41,129 bases of DNA from Gammaproteobacteria bacterium (GTDB lineage: Bacteria; Pseudomonadota; Gammaproteobacteria; Magnimaribacterales; D2472). The position numbers were made by a program, and so were the translations under genes. The DNA lies in contig CBFHRY010000001.1 of NCBI GenBank assembly GCA_965658385.1, forward strand, positions 21,334 through 62,462. Direction: 5' to 3'. The notes under the pieces are model-generated. The model was not told where the DNA came from. It worked only from the letters and a program-made list of their open reading frames with translations, and ran no database searches. Positions 1 through 10,807 of this stretch are shown here, in pieces (positions within the stretch are counted from its first letter, which is position 1; the number at the start of each line of letters is the position of its first letter).

Positions 1-15
1 GTTATTGAATCTTAA
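1..15 (+). CDS. groES: probable 3' end of co-chaperonin GroES (partial, runs off the window start)
   Basis: Frame 1 reads V-I-E-S-stop (TAA 13-15), 24 nt upstream of groEL. Only the canonical groES-groEL arrangement supports this; four codons cannot be identified on their own. Confidence 0.3.
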   Translation, partial: VIES

Positions 16-21
16 ATCTAA

Positions 22-1683
<1,662 letters not shown>

Positions 1684-1700
1684 CCTAAGCTCTATCAATT

Positions 1701-1730
1701 AAAAAAACGAGGCTTTAGCCTCGTTTTTTG
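1701..1730 (+). terminator. intrinsic terminator after groEL
   Basis: A-run, then a 7-bp stem ACGAGGC (1707-1713) / GCCTCGT (1718-1724) with loop TTTA, followed by a T-run to 1729. It starts 18 nt after the groEL stop. Confidence 0.7.
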
Positions 1731-1797
1731 TTATATAGCCTTTATAAATTTTAATTTTAAGATAATATTGTATTAACACTTTTTTAGGGAGAAAAAA

Positions 1798-2430
1798 ATG
1801 GATCTTTTAGATGTTTTATTTAGAGCTTTGCATATCTTATTTGGTATTGCTTGGATAGGATTACTTTACTACTTTAATTTTGTTCAAACTGAATACTTTA
1901 AAGTCTCAGAACCATCAGCAAAGTCTGATGTTGTCCAAAAACTTGTACCTAATGCACTTTGGTACTTTAGGTATGCTGCATTATTTACATTTCTTACAGG
2001 GTTATATCTTATACATTACTTGAGCATTGCTATCAATATAAGCATTATTCTTGGTGCTGTAATGGGGACTCTAATGTTTCTTAATGTTTGGTTAATTATT
2101 TGGCCTAATCAAAAGAAAGTTATTGCAGGCGCGCCAGATGCTGCTGATGCAGGTGCTAAAGCAGGTTTGGCATCTAGAACGAATACTTTATTTTCAATAC
2201 CTATGCTCTGGTTTATGGTTTACTCTGCTCACGGTAGTGCTGTTGGGAATGTAATACTTTCCGCTGAAGAATCTTTAACTGCTCTTTGGGTTGGTTTGTT
2301 AATAATTTTAGTAATTGAAGCCAATGCAGTTTTTGGAAAAATGAATGCTGCAATAACATCTGTTAAGGCAGTAATTCATTCAGGAATAGTTTTAACTGTT
2401 CTATTAGGTCTGCTTGTTTGTTATTTATAG
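1798..2430 (+). CDS. multi-pass inner-membrane protein, function unknown
   Basis: 210-aa ORF with AGGGAG SD 7 nt upstream and about 5-6 hydrophobic segments. The N-terminal LHILFGIAWIGLLYYFNFV segment reminds me of the membrane domain of PuuD-type urate hydroxylases. That family call is from memory only and unverified. Confidence 0.75.
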   Translation: MDLLDVLFRALHILFGIAWIGLLYYFNFVQTEYFKVSEPSAKSDVVQKLVPNALWYFRYAALFTFLTGLYLIHYLSIAINISIILGAVMGTLMFLNVWLIIWPNQKKVIAGAPDAADAGAKAGLASRTNTLFSIPMLWFMVYSAHGSAVGNVILSAEESLTALWVGLLIILVIEANAVFGKMNAAITSVKAVIHSGIVLTVLLGLLVCYL

Positions 2431-2447
2431 ATTTAAAAATTAGTTGA

Positions 2448-2475
2448 AAAAAGAGAGGCTTATGCCTCTCTTTTT
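2448..2475. terminator. bidirectional hairpin between convergent genes
   Basis: 12-bp stem AAAAAGAGAGGC (2448-2459) / GCCTCTCTTTTT (2464-2475) with loop TTAT. It lies between the stop at 2430 (+) and the stop at 2460-2462 (-), and its 3' arm overlaps the last codons of the minus-strand gene. Confidence 0.6.
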
Positions 2476-3719
2476 ATTTTAACCCTTGAAATAAAATTAT
2501 CTTCTATATCTAAAATTTCATATTTATATTTATCTATCTGCAGACATAGGTTTGCTTGAGGAATAAAATCTAAATGTTCTGTAATTAAGCCATTTATGGT
2601 TTTTGAATTTTCTTCATTGATATTCCAATCTAAAGCTTTATTTATATCTCTAATTTTGAAATTACCATTTGTTAATATTGAATCATTCTTGAGCTTAACA
2701 AAATCAGTATCTGGATCTGATGTGCTCTCATTTCCAAATTTACCTACTATCTCCTTAAATATGTCTTCAATAGTAATTAAGCCCTGAATTTCACCATACT
2801 CATCAACAACCAGCCCCATATTTCTATCATGAACTTGAAATTCTTTAAGCTGCTTCATCAATGCAGTTGATTGAGAAACAAAGTAAGATTTAAGTAATAG
2901 CCCTTTAAGCTCTTCATTTCTTTCATACCTGTTAATAAATTCGTTTGAATCTTTTAGATGAAGTATTCCAACAATATTATCAATATCATTTTCATACACA
3001 GGTAACCTTGTATATTCAGCTGATTCAATTATTTTTTTAGCTGTATTTTTATTTGCATTAAGATCTATGCCTATGATCTCAGAAATAGGAACCATTATAT
3101 CTTCTACAACCAGCTCTTCCATTCCAAGTACGGAAGATAAGATATATCTATAACTTTTTGGAATAAGGTCTCCAGAATCATCAAGCAGTGTTCTCAACTC
3201 TTCTGTATTAAGATTGTCGTTATCATTTGCATCTTTCAAATCAACATTAAAAATATTTAAGAAATAAGAACTAATTTTATTAATTAAAATAATTAAGGGT
3301 CTAAATATATACAAAAGACTTTTCAACAAAAGCGATGACTTTGTTGCAAAAGCCTCTGGTTTTATAGCAGCTATTGTTTTAGGAGTGATTTCAGAAAAAA
3401 TTAAAATAACAATAGTTAAGATTACAGAGCCAAGCAATACATTTCCATTGAAGTACTCAATCATGATTATAGTTACAATTGCAGAAGCCAAGATATTTGC
3501 GAAATTATTTCCTACTAGAATCGTTGATAGAAGCTGATCTGGTCTTTTTAGAAGTTCAATGGCTCTGGCAGCTCCTTTATGTGATTTCTTAGATAGATTT
3601 TTTAACTTAACTTTATTGGAAGCCATCATTCCTGTTTCTGAGCCAGAGAAAAAGCCACTCAAAACAAGCAACCCGGCAAGAGAAGATAATAAAAATATTA
3701 AAGATGGATTTTCTATCAT
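2460..3719 (-). CDS. yfjD: DUF21-CBS-CorC/HlyC family membrane protein (CNNM/TlyC-like, E. coli YfjD type)
   Basis: 419 aa. The N-terminal part has about 4 TM segments, followed by a CBS-pair region (VEDIMVP...VVDEYGEIQGLITIEDI) and a CorC_HlyC-like C-terminus. It sits immediately downstream of a ypjD-like gene, as in E. coli. Confidence 0.85.
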   Translation of the reverse strand: MIENPSLIFLLSSLAGLLVLSGFFSGSETGMMASNKVKLKNLSKKSHKGAARAIELLKRPDQLLSTILVGNNFANILASAIVTIIMIEYFNGNVLLGSVILTIVILIFSEITPKTIAAIKPEAFATKSSLLLKSLLYIFRPLIILINKISSYFLNIFNVDLKDANDNDNLNTEELRTLLDDSGDLIPKSYRYILSSVLGMEELVVEDIMVPISEIIGIDLNANKNTAKKIIESAEYTRLPVYENDIDNIVGILHLKDSNEFINRYERNEELKGLLLKSYFVSQSTALMKQLKEFQVHDRNMGLVVDEYGEIQGLITIEDIFKEIVGKFGNESTSDPDTDFVKLKNDSILTNGNFKIRDINKALDWNINEENSKTINGLITEHLDFIPQANLCLQIDKYKYEILDIEDNFISRVKIKREA

Positions 3720-3722
3720 TTA

Positions 3723-4289
3723 TTAATTATAGATGAATAACACATTGCCTAAGTATGCAATCCAGACTGCACATAAGGCTATAAATAAATTCCTGACGGC
3801 GCTTTTAATAGTCAAGTTGAATTTCTTTATCCCAATCAAAGTTATCACATATATAAATAATGCTATTGATGCAAAGATAACCTTAATAATTAAATTTGTT
3901 GTAAATACAGATTGAATAATGAAGCCTGATAAGAATGAGAGTATTAAAAACAATAAACCAACTCCTAAAATCTTTAAAACTATCTTGTACCCTTTTTCTA
4001 TAGATAGGCTGGATAGGTTATCAAAGTCGCCTTTTTTCACATCGAGCATTTTCTTTTCCAAGCTAACCATTTCATAAAATGCTATAAATAAGAAGATTAG
4101 ACTTAAACCAGTAACTATAAAATGCATATCTGAGATATTTCCAATACCTCCATAAGACAATGCATACAAGAATATGTAAGAAATTGAGGATACAATTGAA
4201 GAAATGTAAGAAGATCTTCTATCTTTAAGGAAGACTCTGAGGAAAAAATATATAATTACCGATAAGGTAACTTGTGTAATAAAGTTCAT
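3723..4289 (-). CDS. YpjD-like (cytochrome c assembly/CcsA-family-like) inner-membrane protein, short form
   Basis: 188-aa polytopic ORF, divergent from rpsP and followed by the yfjD-like gene, which matches the E. coli ypjD-yfjD arrangement. The assignment rests mainly on synteny. It is shorter than E. coli YpjD (about 260 aa). Confidence 0.6.
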   Translation of the reverse strand: MNFITQVTLSVIIYFFLRVFLKDRRSSYISSIVSSISYIFLYALSYGGIGNISDMHFIVTGLSLIFLFIAFYEMVSLEKKMLDVKKGDFDNLSSLSIEKGYKIVLKILGVGLLFLILSFLSGFIIQSVFTTNLIIKVIFASIALFIYVITLIGIKKFNLTIKSAVRNLFIALCAVWIAYLGNVLFIYN

Positions 4290-4392
4290 TTATTTAATTA
4301 TAAAAGCAAAAGTTTTTTATTAATACTATGAATATTAGTTAGGTTACCCTAAAATACACATCTTTTTAAACATTGAGAATAAATATAGAAAT

Positions 4393-4932
4393 ATGGTAAT
4401 AATCAGATTAGCTAGAAGCGGGGCAAAAAAGAACCCCTATTATTTTGTTACAGTCGCAGACGAGAGAAAGCCAAGAGATGGATCATTTATCGAAAGGCTT
4501 GGTTTCTTTAATCCTAGTGCAAGAGGGCAAGAAGAAAGATTAAGAATTGATATAGAAAAACTAGATCAATGGGTATCTAAAGGCGCTCAATTAAGTGACA
4601 GAGTTAAAAAACTCGTGAAAGATGCAAAGCTTTCACCAGAAGAACTTCAAGCTAAACTTGATGCAAAAAAACAAAAAGCTGAAGAAAAGAAAGCTTTAGC
4701 AGAAAAAGCCGCTAAAGAAGCTGCAGAAGCTGAAGCAAAAGCTGCTGAAGAAGCTGAGGCAGAAGCAAAAGCTGCTGAAGAAGCTGAGGCAGAAGCAAAA
4801 GCTGCTGAAGAGGCTGTAGAAGAAGCTCCTGCTGAAGAAGAAGCTCCTGCTGAAGAAGAAGCTCCTGCTGAAGAAGAAGCACCTGCCGAAGAAGAGTCTG
4901 AGCAGGATTCTTCAGATGATGAAAAAAAGTAG
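4393..4932 (+). CDS. rpsP: 30S ribosomal protein S16 with a ~100-aa acidic repeat-containing C-terminal extension
   Basis: The N-terminal ~80 aa ([41 protein letters not shown]...) is a canonical S16 domain. The remainder is a K/A/E-rich tail encoded by in-frame tandem repeats. This is the first gene of the rpsP-rimM-trmD-rplS operon. Confidence 0.95.
   Translation: MVIIRLARSGAKKNPYYFVTVADERKPRDGSFIERLGFFNPSARGQEERLRIDIEKLDQWVSKGAQLSDRVKKLVKDAKLSPEELQAKLDAKKQKAEEKKALAEKAAKEAAEAEAKAAEEAEAEAKAAEEAEAEAKAAEEAVEEAPAEEEAPAEEEAPAEEEAPAEEESEQDSSDDEKK
4711..4800 (+). repeat. in-frame 30-bp tandem repeat within the rpsP tail
   Basis: Two identical copies of gctgctgaagaagctgaggcagaagcaaaa at 4741-4770 and 4771-4800, preceded by a diverged copy at 4711-4740. 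The unit encodes [10 protein letters not shown]. Confidence 0.9.
4825..4896 (+). repeat. in-frame 18-bp tandem repeat within the rpsP tail
   Basis: Three identical copies of gctcctgctgaagaagaa (4825-4842, 4843-4860, 4861-4878) plus one diverged copy (4879-4896). The unit encodes APAEEE x4. Confidence 0.9.
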
Positions 4933-5449
4933 TATAGATATAGATTTAATTTGTGTCGGTTCTATTGGAAAGCCCAGGGGCCTAAAGGGTGAATTTTTCT
5001 TAAATTCATTTTGTGATCCAAAACAGAATATTTGTAACTATTCGAATTTCATTATTGAAAATAATCCAGATCTTAAGATTTCATTTATCAGACAAGCCAA
5101 TGGGAAATTCATTTCTAAGGTTGATGTATTTGATAATGTTGATGACATAAAAAAATATACAAATTTAAATATATTCATAAATAAAACTGAATTGCCTGAA
5201 CTTAATGGCGAGGAATATTATTGGCATGATTTAGTTGGAATGAATGTAATAGACATAACAAATAATGATAATCTAGGAATAGTTGCTGAAGTCGTAAATT
5301 ATGGATCTAATGATATTTTAGAAATAAAACCATCTGAATCATCTGTCGACGAAAACTTAAGGAAAATTCCTTATGTAAAAGGCGTATTCATTAAAAAAGT
5401 TGAGCTTAATGAAAATATCATAAAGGTTGAATGGCCGAAAGACTTTTAG
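4916..5449 (+). CDS. rimM: 16S rRNA processing protein RimM
   Basis: 177 aa. [10 protein letters not shown] near the N-terminus is the typical RimM motif. It overlaps the rpsP 3' end by 17 nt and has the canonical operon position. Confidence 0.9.
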   Translation: MMKKSSIDIDLICVGSIGKPRGLKGEFFLNSFCDPKQNICNYSNFIIENNPDLKISFIRQANGKFISKVDVFDNVDDIKKYTNLNIFINKTELPELNGEEYYWHDLVGMNVIDITNNDNLGIVAEVVNYGSNDILEIKPSESSVDENLRKIPYVKGVFIKKVELNENIIKVEWPKDF

Positions 5450-5452
5450 ATT

Positions 5453-6184
5453 ATGAATATAAACATCTTAACAATTTTTCCAGAAATATTTGAAGTGCTT
5501 AATGCAGGCCTTATTGGTCAGTCAATTCAAAAAGAAAATGTTTTTATAAATTGTTTAGATATTAGAAAAAATTCAAATAATAAACATAATCAAATTGATG
5601 CTAAGCCATATGGTGGAGGCGAGGGAATGCTCATGATGGCTGAACCACTAGCAAAAACAATAAAAGAAATAGATGAAGATAAGAGAGGCGTGGTTATAAA
5701 CTTTTCTCCACAGGGAAAACCACTTACCCAAAACCTTGTGGAGAGTTTTTCAAAAAATGAAAACATGACACTGGTTTGTGGAAGGTATGAGGGTATAGAT
5801 CAACGATTTATTGATAAGTATGTTGATGAAGAAATCTCATTGGGTGATTTTGTAATGAGTGGTGGCGAAATAGCAGCACTATCATTTATTGACTCTATTA
5901 TAAGAATCTTGCCAGGTACTCTTGGGAATCCTGACTCTGTTTCAAATGATACTTTTTCTAATGGAATGTTGAAGGGGCATTCATATACCAGACCAGAGAT
6001 TTTTGAAGACCTTAAAGTTCCTGAGGTCTTATTATCTGGCAATCACATAAAAATTAAAGACTGGAAGGAGGAAAACTCCCTAATTCAAACTTATTTAAGA
6101 AGACCAGAGCTACTAAATAATGTAAAATTAACAAATAATCAAAAAAAACTCTTGGAAGAATTGCTAACTAAGGATATCCTATAG
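5453..6184 (+). CDS. trmD: tRNA (guanine37-N1)-methyltransferase TrmD
   Basis: 243 aa. It has typical TrmD N-terminal sequence (ILTIFPEIF), the CGRYEGIDQR motif and the SLGDFVMSGGE segment. Operon position fits. Confidence 0.95.
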   Translation: MNINILTIFPEIFEVLNAGLIGQSIQKENVFINCLDIRKNSNNKHNQIDAKPYGGGEGMLMMAEPLAKTIKEIDEDKRGVVINFSPQGKPLTQNLVESFSKNENMTLVCGRYEGIDQRFIDKYVDEEISLGDFVMSGGEIAALSFIDSIIRILPGTLGNPDSVSNDTFSNGMLKGHSYTRPEIFEDLKVPEVLLSGNHIKIKDWKEENSLIQTYLRRPELLNNVKLTNNQKKLLEELLTKDIL

Positions 6185-6205
6185 CACTTTTTAGGCGGAT
6201 TAAAA

Positions 6206-6751
6206 ATGACAGAATCAGATAAAGAAACTATAACTAACGAAGAAACAGCAAATGTTGAAGATGTAGCAACAGATGCTCCTGTTGAAACTAATGAAGATCA
6301 GTCTATCGAGACTGCGAGTGATGTTGAGTCTGAGGAAAGCAATCAAGAGACTTTAGCTGAGGACGATTCAGCAGTGTCAAACATATCATTAGAAGAAAAA
6401 TCTCCATCTGAAATCGTTCAACAGTTTGAATCCAAGCAACTCAAGACAGATTTACCTTCTTTTAGGCCGGGAGATACTGTAGTGGTATCCGTTAAAGTAA
6501 AAGAAGGGCAAAGAACAAGACTCCAAGCCTTTGAGGGTGTTGTTATGGGTGTTAAAAAAGGGGGCCTTAATTCATCTTTTATCGTGAGAAAAATTTCAAG
6601 TGGCATCGGTGTTGAGAGAACCTTTCAGACTCATAGTCCTATAATTGATTCTATCAAAGTTAAAAGAAAAGGAGATGTCAGACAGGCTAAACTATTCTAC
6701 CTAAGAGATAGATCAGGTAAATCTGCAAGAATCAAAGAAAGATTAGACTAG
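6206..6751 (+). CDS. rplS: 50S ribosomal protein L19, apparently with a ~56-66-aa acidic N-terminal extension (start uncertain)
   Basis: The C-terminal 115 aa align closely with E. coli L19 ([11 protein letters not shown]...RLQAFEGVV...[10 protein letters not shown]...IKERL). The ORF is open from ATG 6206. An internal in-frame GTG at 6374 (giving MSNISLEEK...) is an alternative start. Confidence 0.9.
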   Translation: MTESDKETITNEETANVEDVATDAPVETNEDQSIETASDVESEESNQETLAEDDSAVSNISLEEKSPSEIVQQFESKQLKTDLPSFRPGDTVVVSVKVKEGQRTRLQAFEGVVMGVKKGGLNSSFIVRKISSGIGVERTFQTHSPIIDSIKVKRKGDVRQAKLFYLRDRSGKSARIKERLD

Positions 6752-6755
6752 CTCT

Positions 6756-7646
6756 ATGAACAAGAGTCTTCTAAAGGATCAAGCATTAAGATCCTTTTTA
6801 GATTTCTTACATATTGAAAAAGGGCTATCTCCAAATACAGTAAAATCCTACCAATCCGACCTATCTATTTTTTTAAAATGGCTATCTGGTAATTGTGATT
6901 CTTCATTTAAAAATACGAAATCAGAAGACATTGAATTATTTATTAAACATTTATTTCAGCTTGGTTTTAAAAGCACAACTATTAATAGAAAAATTTCATC
7001 CATTAAGGCATTTTATGTCTATCTTAAAAAGCAGAAGCTTATTGATACCATCCCTACCGAGGATATTATTGTCCCCAAGCAAGAAAAAAATCTTCCAAAG
7101 TCTATTTCTGAGAAAGAGGTTGAAACTCTTTTAAATTCAATAAATGGCTCTAGCAATATTGAGTTAAGAGATAAAGCAATGATGGAGCTTTTGTATGCTA
7201 CTGGCGTGAGAGTTTCAGAGTTGGTGAATATTAAACTTAATGATATTGATTTTAATAGAAGAGTTATCAGGGTAATTGGCAAAGGCTCAAAAGAGCGACT
7301 GGTTCCATTTGGAGAAAAAGCATTTATTGCATTAAATAATTATCTTGCTTCACGTGAAAAGAGTATTACAAAAGAAATTTTTTTAAGTAATAGGGGGACG
7401 GGTATAACGCGTATTAGTTTTTGGAATAGAGTAAAGTTTTATTTGAGTAGATGCGGATTAAGTATTGAAATTTCACCGCACACATTAAGACATGCTTTTG
7501 CTACACATATACTTAATAGAGGAGCAGATTTAAGATCTGTTCAAATGTTACTAGGACATAGTGACTTATCAACGACTCAAATATATACTCATATCGCAAA
7601 ACAAAGATTAAGTGATGTATTAAAAAAACATCACCCAAGAGGCTAA
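6756..7646 (+). CDS. xerD: site-specific tyrosine recombinase XerD
   Basis: 296 aa. The C-terminal catalytic motifs HTLRHAFATH and LLGHSDLSTTQIYTH are present. It is followed by dsbC, as in E. coli and Pseudomonas. Confidence 0.9.
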   Translation: MNKSLLKDQALRSFLDFLHIEKGLSPNTVKSYQSDLSIFLKWLSGNCDSSFKNTKSEDIELFIKHLFQLGFKSTTINRKISSIKAFYVYLKKQKLIDTIPTEDIIVPKQEKNLPKSISEKEVETLLNSINGSSNIELRDKAMMELLYATGVRVSELVNIKLNDIDFNRRVIRVIGKGSKERLVPFGEKAFIALNNYLASREKSITKEIFLSNRGTGITRISFWNRVKFYLSRCGLSIEISPHTLRHAFATHILNRGADLRSVQMLLGHSDLSTTQIYTHIAKQRLSDVLKKHHPRG

Positions 7647-7647
7647 A

Positions 7648-8358
7648 ATGAAATTCAATACTTCGTTATTGTTAATAACAATTTTCTATGTATCTATATC
7701 TCTAGCTGAGAATATTGAAGAAAAGCTTTTAAGCGTTCTTCCGCAAACTGCCGAGATTGAATCTATTGAAGAGTCTGTAATTGATGGGCTATATAAAGTT
7801 TATTTTGGTGATTTGCAGCCGCTATATGTTTCAAAAAGTGGTGATTATTTTATCTATGGAGATCTATACAAAATAGATGATGGCAATGTAAAAAATTTAA
7901 GCCAGATTGATGTTGATAATAAAAGAAAAGAAATTCTGTCGGGATTACCAAATAATGATTTCATAGAATTTAAATCTTTAAATGAAGAATACTTTGTTTA
8001 TGTTTTTACTGATGTTGATTGTGGTTTTTGTAAAAAATTTCATAGCCAGATTTCTGAATATAACAATTTAGGAATTTCAGTAAAATATGCAGCTTTTCCT
8101 AGATCAGGCATAGATGGTGAAACCTACAATAAAATGGTAAGTGTATGGTGTAACGAAGATAGAAATTCCGCATTATCTTCAGCAAAGTCCTCAGAGTCAG
8201 TAGAAACAATTTTTTGTACAAATCAACCTATATCAAAACATTACAATTTAGGACAATTGCTTGGAGTCACAGGCACCCCAGCAATATTTACTCAAACAGG
8301 TTCTCATATAAAGGGCTATGTTCCACCTGAAGACTTATTAAAAAGAATTAAGGAGTAA
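7648..8358 (+). CDS. dsbC: periplasmic thiol:disulfide interchange protein DsbC
   Basis: 236 aa with a signal peptide, a CGFC active site (DVDCGFCKKFH), a second Cys pair and GTPA near the C-terminus. It lies downstream of xerD. Confidence 0.85.
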   Translation: MKFNTSLLLITIFYVSISLAENIEEKLLSVLPQTAEIESIEESVIDGLYKVYFGDLQPLYVSKSGDYFIYGDLYKIDDGNVKNLSQIDVDNKRKEILSGLPNNDFIEFKSLNEEYFVYVFTDVDCGFCKKFHSQISEYNNLGISVKYAAFPRSGIDGETYNKMVSVWCNEDRNSALSSAKSSESVETIFCTNQPISKHYNLGQLLGVTGTPAIFTQTGSHIKGYVPPEDLLKRIKE

Positions 8359-8360
8359 CC

Positions 8361-9542
8361 GTGCCTGATTATAAGTTTGATAATGCTGATAAATTACCTC
8401 CATATATTTTTTCGCAAATAAATGAACTTAAAAGCAAAGCAAGGTCCAATGGAGAGGATATTATAGATCTTGGCATGGGAAATCCAGATCAACCTTCACC
8501 TAATGCAGTCGTTGATAAGCTTATTGAAACAGTAAAAAATCCTTTGACACACAGATATTCACAATCAGCAGGAATTCCAAAATTACGATTGGCAATTGCT
8601 AATTGGTACTCAAGAAAGCATGGAGTCATTCTTGATCATGAAAATGAAATTGTGACTTGCATGGGCTCTAAAGAAGGAATTGCCCATCTTTCTTTAGCAA
8701 CATTGTCATCGGATGATTCAGTCATAGTCCAATCACCAACATACCCTATTCACTCCTATGGAGTTGTAATAGCTGGAGCAAAACTTAAATCAGTTCCTTT
8801 AAAAAACAATCTAGAAGATTTTGTAAATGATATTGAAACGTCAATTTTAAGCTCTGTAAAAAAACCTAAGATGATTATTCTTAACTTTCCATCAAATCCT
8901 ACTACTCAAGTTGCAGATCTAAGTTTCTTCAAAAGAATTGTTGAGATAGGAAAAAAATATGATATTTGGATAATTCATGATCTAGCATACTCAGATATAG
9001 CTTTTGATGGTTACAAAGCACCTTCAATTTTAGAAATTGAGGGCGCGAAAGATATCGCAGTAGAATTTTTCACCTTGTCAAAATCATATAACATGCCAGG
9101 ATGGAGGGTGGGATTCTGTTGTGGGAATAAAGATTTAATAGAAGCCCTAAAAAAAATTAAGTCCTATTTGGATTATGGGACTTTCACTCCAATCCAAGTT
9201 GCAGCAATTAAAGCTTTAAATGATTGTGATATTCAAGTTGATGAGATATGTCAAATGTATAAATCTAGAAGAAATGAGTTGTGCGATGGTCTTAATAGAA
9301 TAGGTTGGCCAATTGAAAAACCTCTTGCAACAATGTTTGTATGGGCTAGAATCCCAAAACAATATGAGGATCTAGGATCATTAGAATTTAGCAAGATGCT
9401 TATATTACGGTCAAAAGTAGCTGTTTCACCTGGTGCAGGGTTTGGAATAGATGGTGATAAGTATGTAAGATTTTCATTGATTGAAAATGAACAAAGAATT
9501 AGGCAAGCAATTCGTGGTATAAAAAATATTTTAGGAAAATAA
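8361..9542 (+). CDS. alaC: class I/II PLP aminotransferase, AlaC (YfdZ)-like
   Basis: 393 aa. GTG start with AAGGAG 5 nt upstream. KLPPYIFSQINELK...GEDIIDLGMGNPD resembles the E. coli AlaC N-terminus, and SKSYNMPGWRVG contains the PLP-lysine region. Confidence 0.8.
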   Translation: MPDYKFDNADKLPPYIFSQINELKSKARSNGEDIIDLGMGNPDQPSPNAVVDKLIETVKNPLTHRYSQSAGIPKLRLAIANWYSRKHGVILDHENEIVTCMGSKEGIAHLSLATLSSDDSVIVQSPTYPIHSYGVVIAGAKLKSVPLKNNLEDFVNDIETSILSSVKKPKMIILNFPSNPTTQVADLSFFKRIVEIGKKYDIWIIHDLAYSDIAFDGYKAPSILEIEGAKDIAVEFFTLSKSYNMPGWRVGFCCGNKDLIEALKKIKSYLDYGTFTPIQVAAIKALNDCDIQVDEICQMYKSRRNELCDGLNRIGWPIEKPLATMFVWARIPKQYEDLGSLEFSKMLILRSKVAVSPGAGFGIDGDKYVRFSLIENEQRIRQAIRGIKNILGK

Positions 9543-10805
9543 ATGAGAGTTGTAAGAGTTGGAATATGTGGTTGGGGCAACGTTGCTACCGGTATGTTTA
9601 AAGCAATAGCTGAAAACAAAACTGTAATTGAATCTGTTGGAGTTAAAATAGAAATTGATTGTATTGGCGCTAGAAGAGATAACCCAAAATGCAATCCAGG
9701 CTCAGTGAAAATTCTTCGGGATATATTTGATGTCCCCAATCAAGATATTGATGTTGTTATTGAGTTAATTGGTGGGGTTGATGTTGCAAGAGAGCTGATT
9801 CTAAAATCTATAAGGCAGGGAAAACATGTTATTACTGCAAACAAGGCTGTTATCTTTCATCATGGAGATGAAATCTTTCAAGAAGCAAAGAATCACAATG
9901 TAAAGGTATTATTTGAAGCAGCAGTATGTGCAGGTACGCCTATTGTAAAAATGCTTCAAGAAGAATTGGCACCTAATAATATTAATAAAATTTCAGGCAT
10001 GTTAAATGGAACTTCTAATTTTATTTTATCAAACATGGAAGATGGTAATGAATTTCATTCAACACTTGAACTAGCTCAAAAAGAAGGTTACGCAGAGCCA
10101 GATCCATCTTTTGATATAGATGGACTGGATGCTGCTCATAAAATAGGGTTATTAGCATCAATTGCATACGGAACATCTTTACCACCTAAAGATTTTTTTA
10201 TTGAAGGTATTACAGAGATTAATAAACAAGATTTTATTTATGCTGACATGCTTGGCTATACAATCAAACATCTTGCAATTTCAAAGCTCAACAAAGACTC
10301 TATTGAGTTAAGGGCACATCCAGCATTAATTCTAAAATCATCATATTTAGCAAACCTTAAGGGCGTTAGAAACGGAATTGAGGTTGATACAGACTTGATA
10401 GGCACAATTCATATTGCAGGGTCAGGTGCAGGCCAAGAATCCACAGCATCTGGATTGATATCGGATATTATTCATTTTGCAAATTCCAATGATAATGTTT
10501 TGGATATATCCAGGAAAACCAACACACTTCCTATCAAAGATTTTAATAGCTTCTCATTTCAGTACTACTTTTATATTGAGGCTCAAGACAGCCCAGGTGT
10601 TATGGCATCAATAACATCATTATTAGCAGATAAAAATATTGGTATTGAATCAATTGTTCAGAAAGATTCTCTTGAAGAGAGTCTAGTGCCAATTATTCTG
10701 GTTACAGACTTATTTGATGAGTTAAAGCTCGAAAAGATAAAATCAAGCATTTTAGCCCTTGAGTCTGTTAACAAACTAAGAACAATAAGAATCGAGAGTA
10801 TTTAA
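9543..10805 (+). CDS. hom: homoserine dehydrogenase with C-terminal ACT domain
   Basis: 420 aa with an N-terminal Rossmann segment (VGICGWGNV), NGTSNFILS and EGYAEPDPSFDIDG motifs and an ACT-like C-terminus. It is followed by thrC. Confidence 0.92.
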   Translation: MRVVRVGICGWGNVATGMFKAIAENKTVIESVGVKIEIDCIGARRDNPKCNPGSVKILRDIFDVPNQDIDVVIELIGGVDVARELILKSIRQGKHVITANKAVIFHHGDEIFQEAKNHNVKVLFEAAVCAGTPIVKMLQEELAPNNINKISGMLNGTSNFILSNMEDGNEFHSTLELAQKEGYAEPDPSFDIDGLDAAHKIGLLASIAYGTSLPPKDFFIEGITEINKQDFIYADMLGYTIKHLAISKLNKDSIELRAHPALILKSSYLANLKGVRNGIEVDTDLIGTIHIAGSGAGQESTASGLISDIIHFANSNDNVLDISRKTNTLPIKDFNSFSFQYYFYIEAQDSPGVMASITSLLADKNIGIESIVQKDSLEESLVPIILVTDLFDELKLEKIKSSILALESVNKLRTIRIESI

Positions 10806-10807
10806 TT

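Noticed and set aside
6756-7646. Tyrosine recombinase as a sign of an integrated mobile element.
   Set aside because: Its sequence motifs and its position next to dsbC match chromosomal XerD (dimer resolution). No flanking repeats, phage genes or cargo genes are present.
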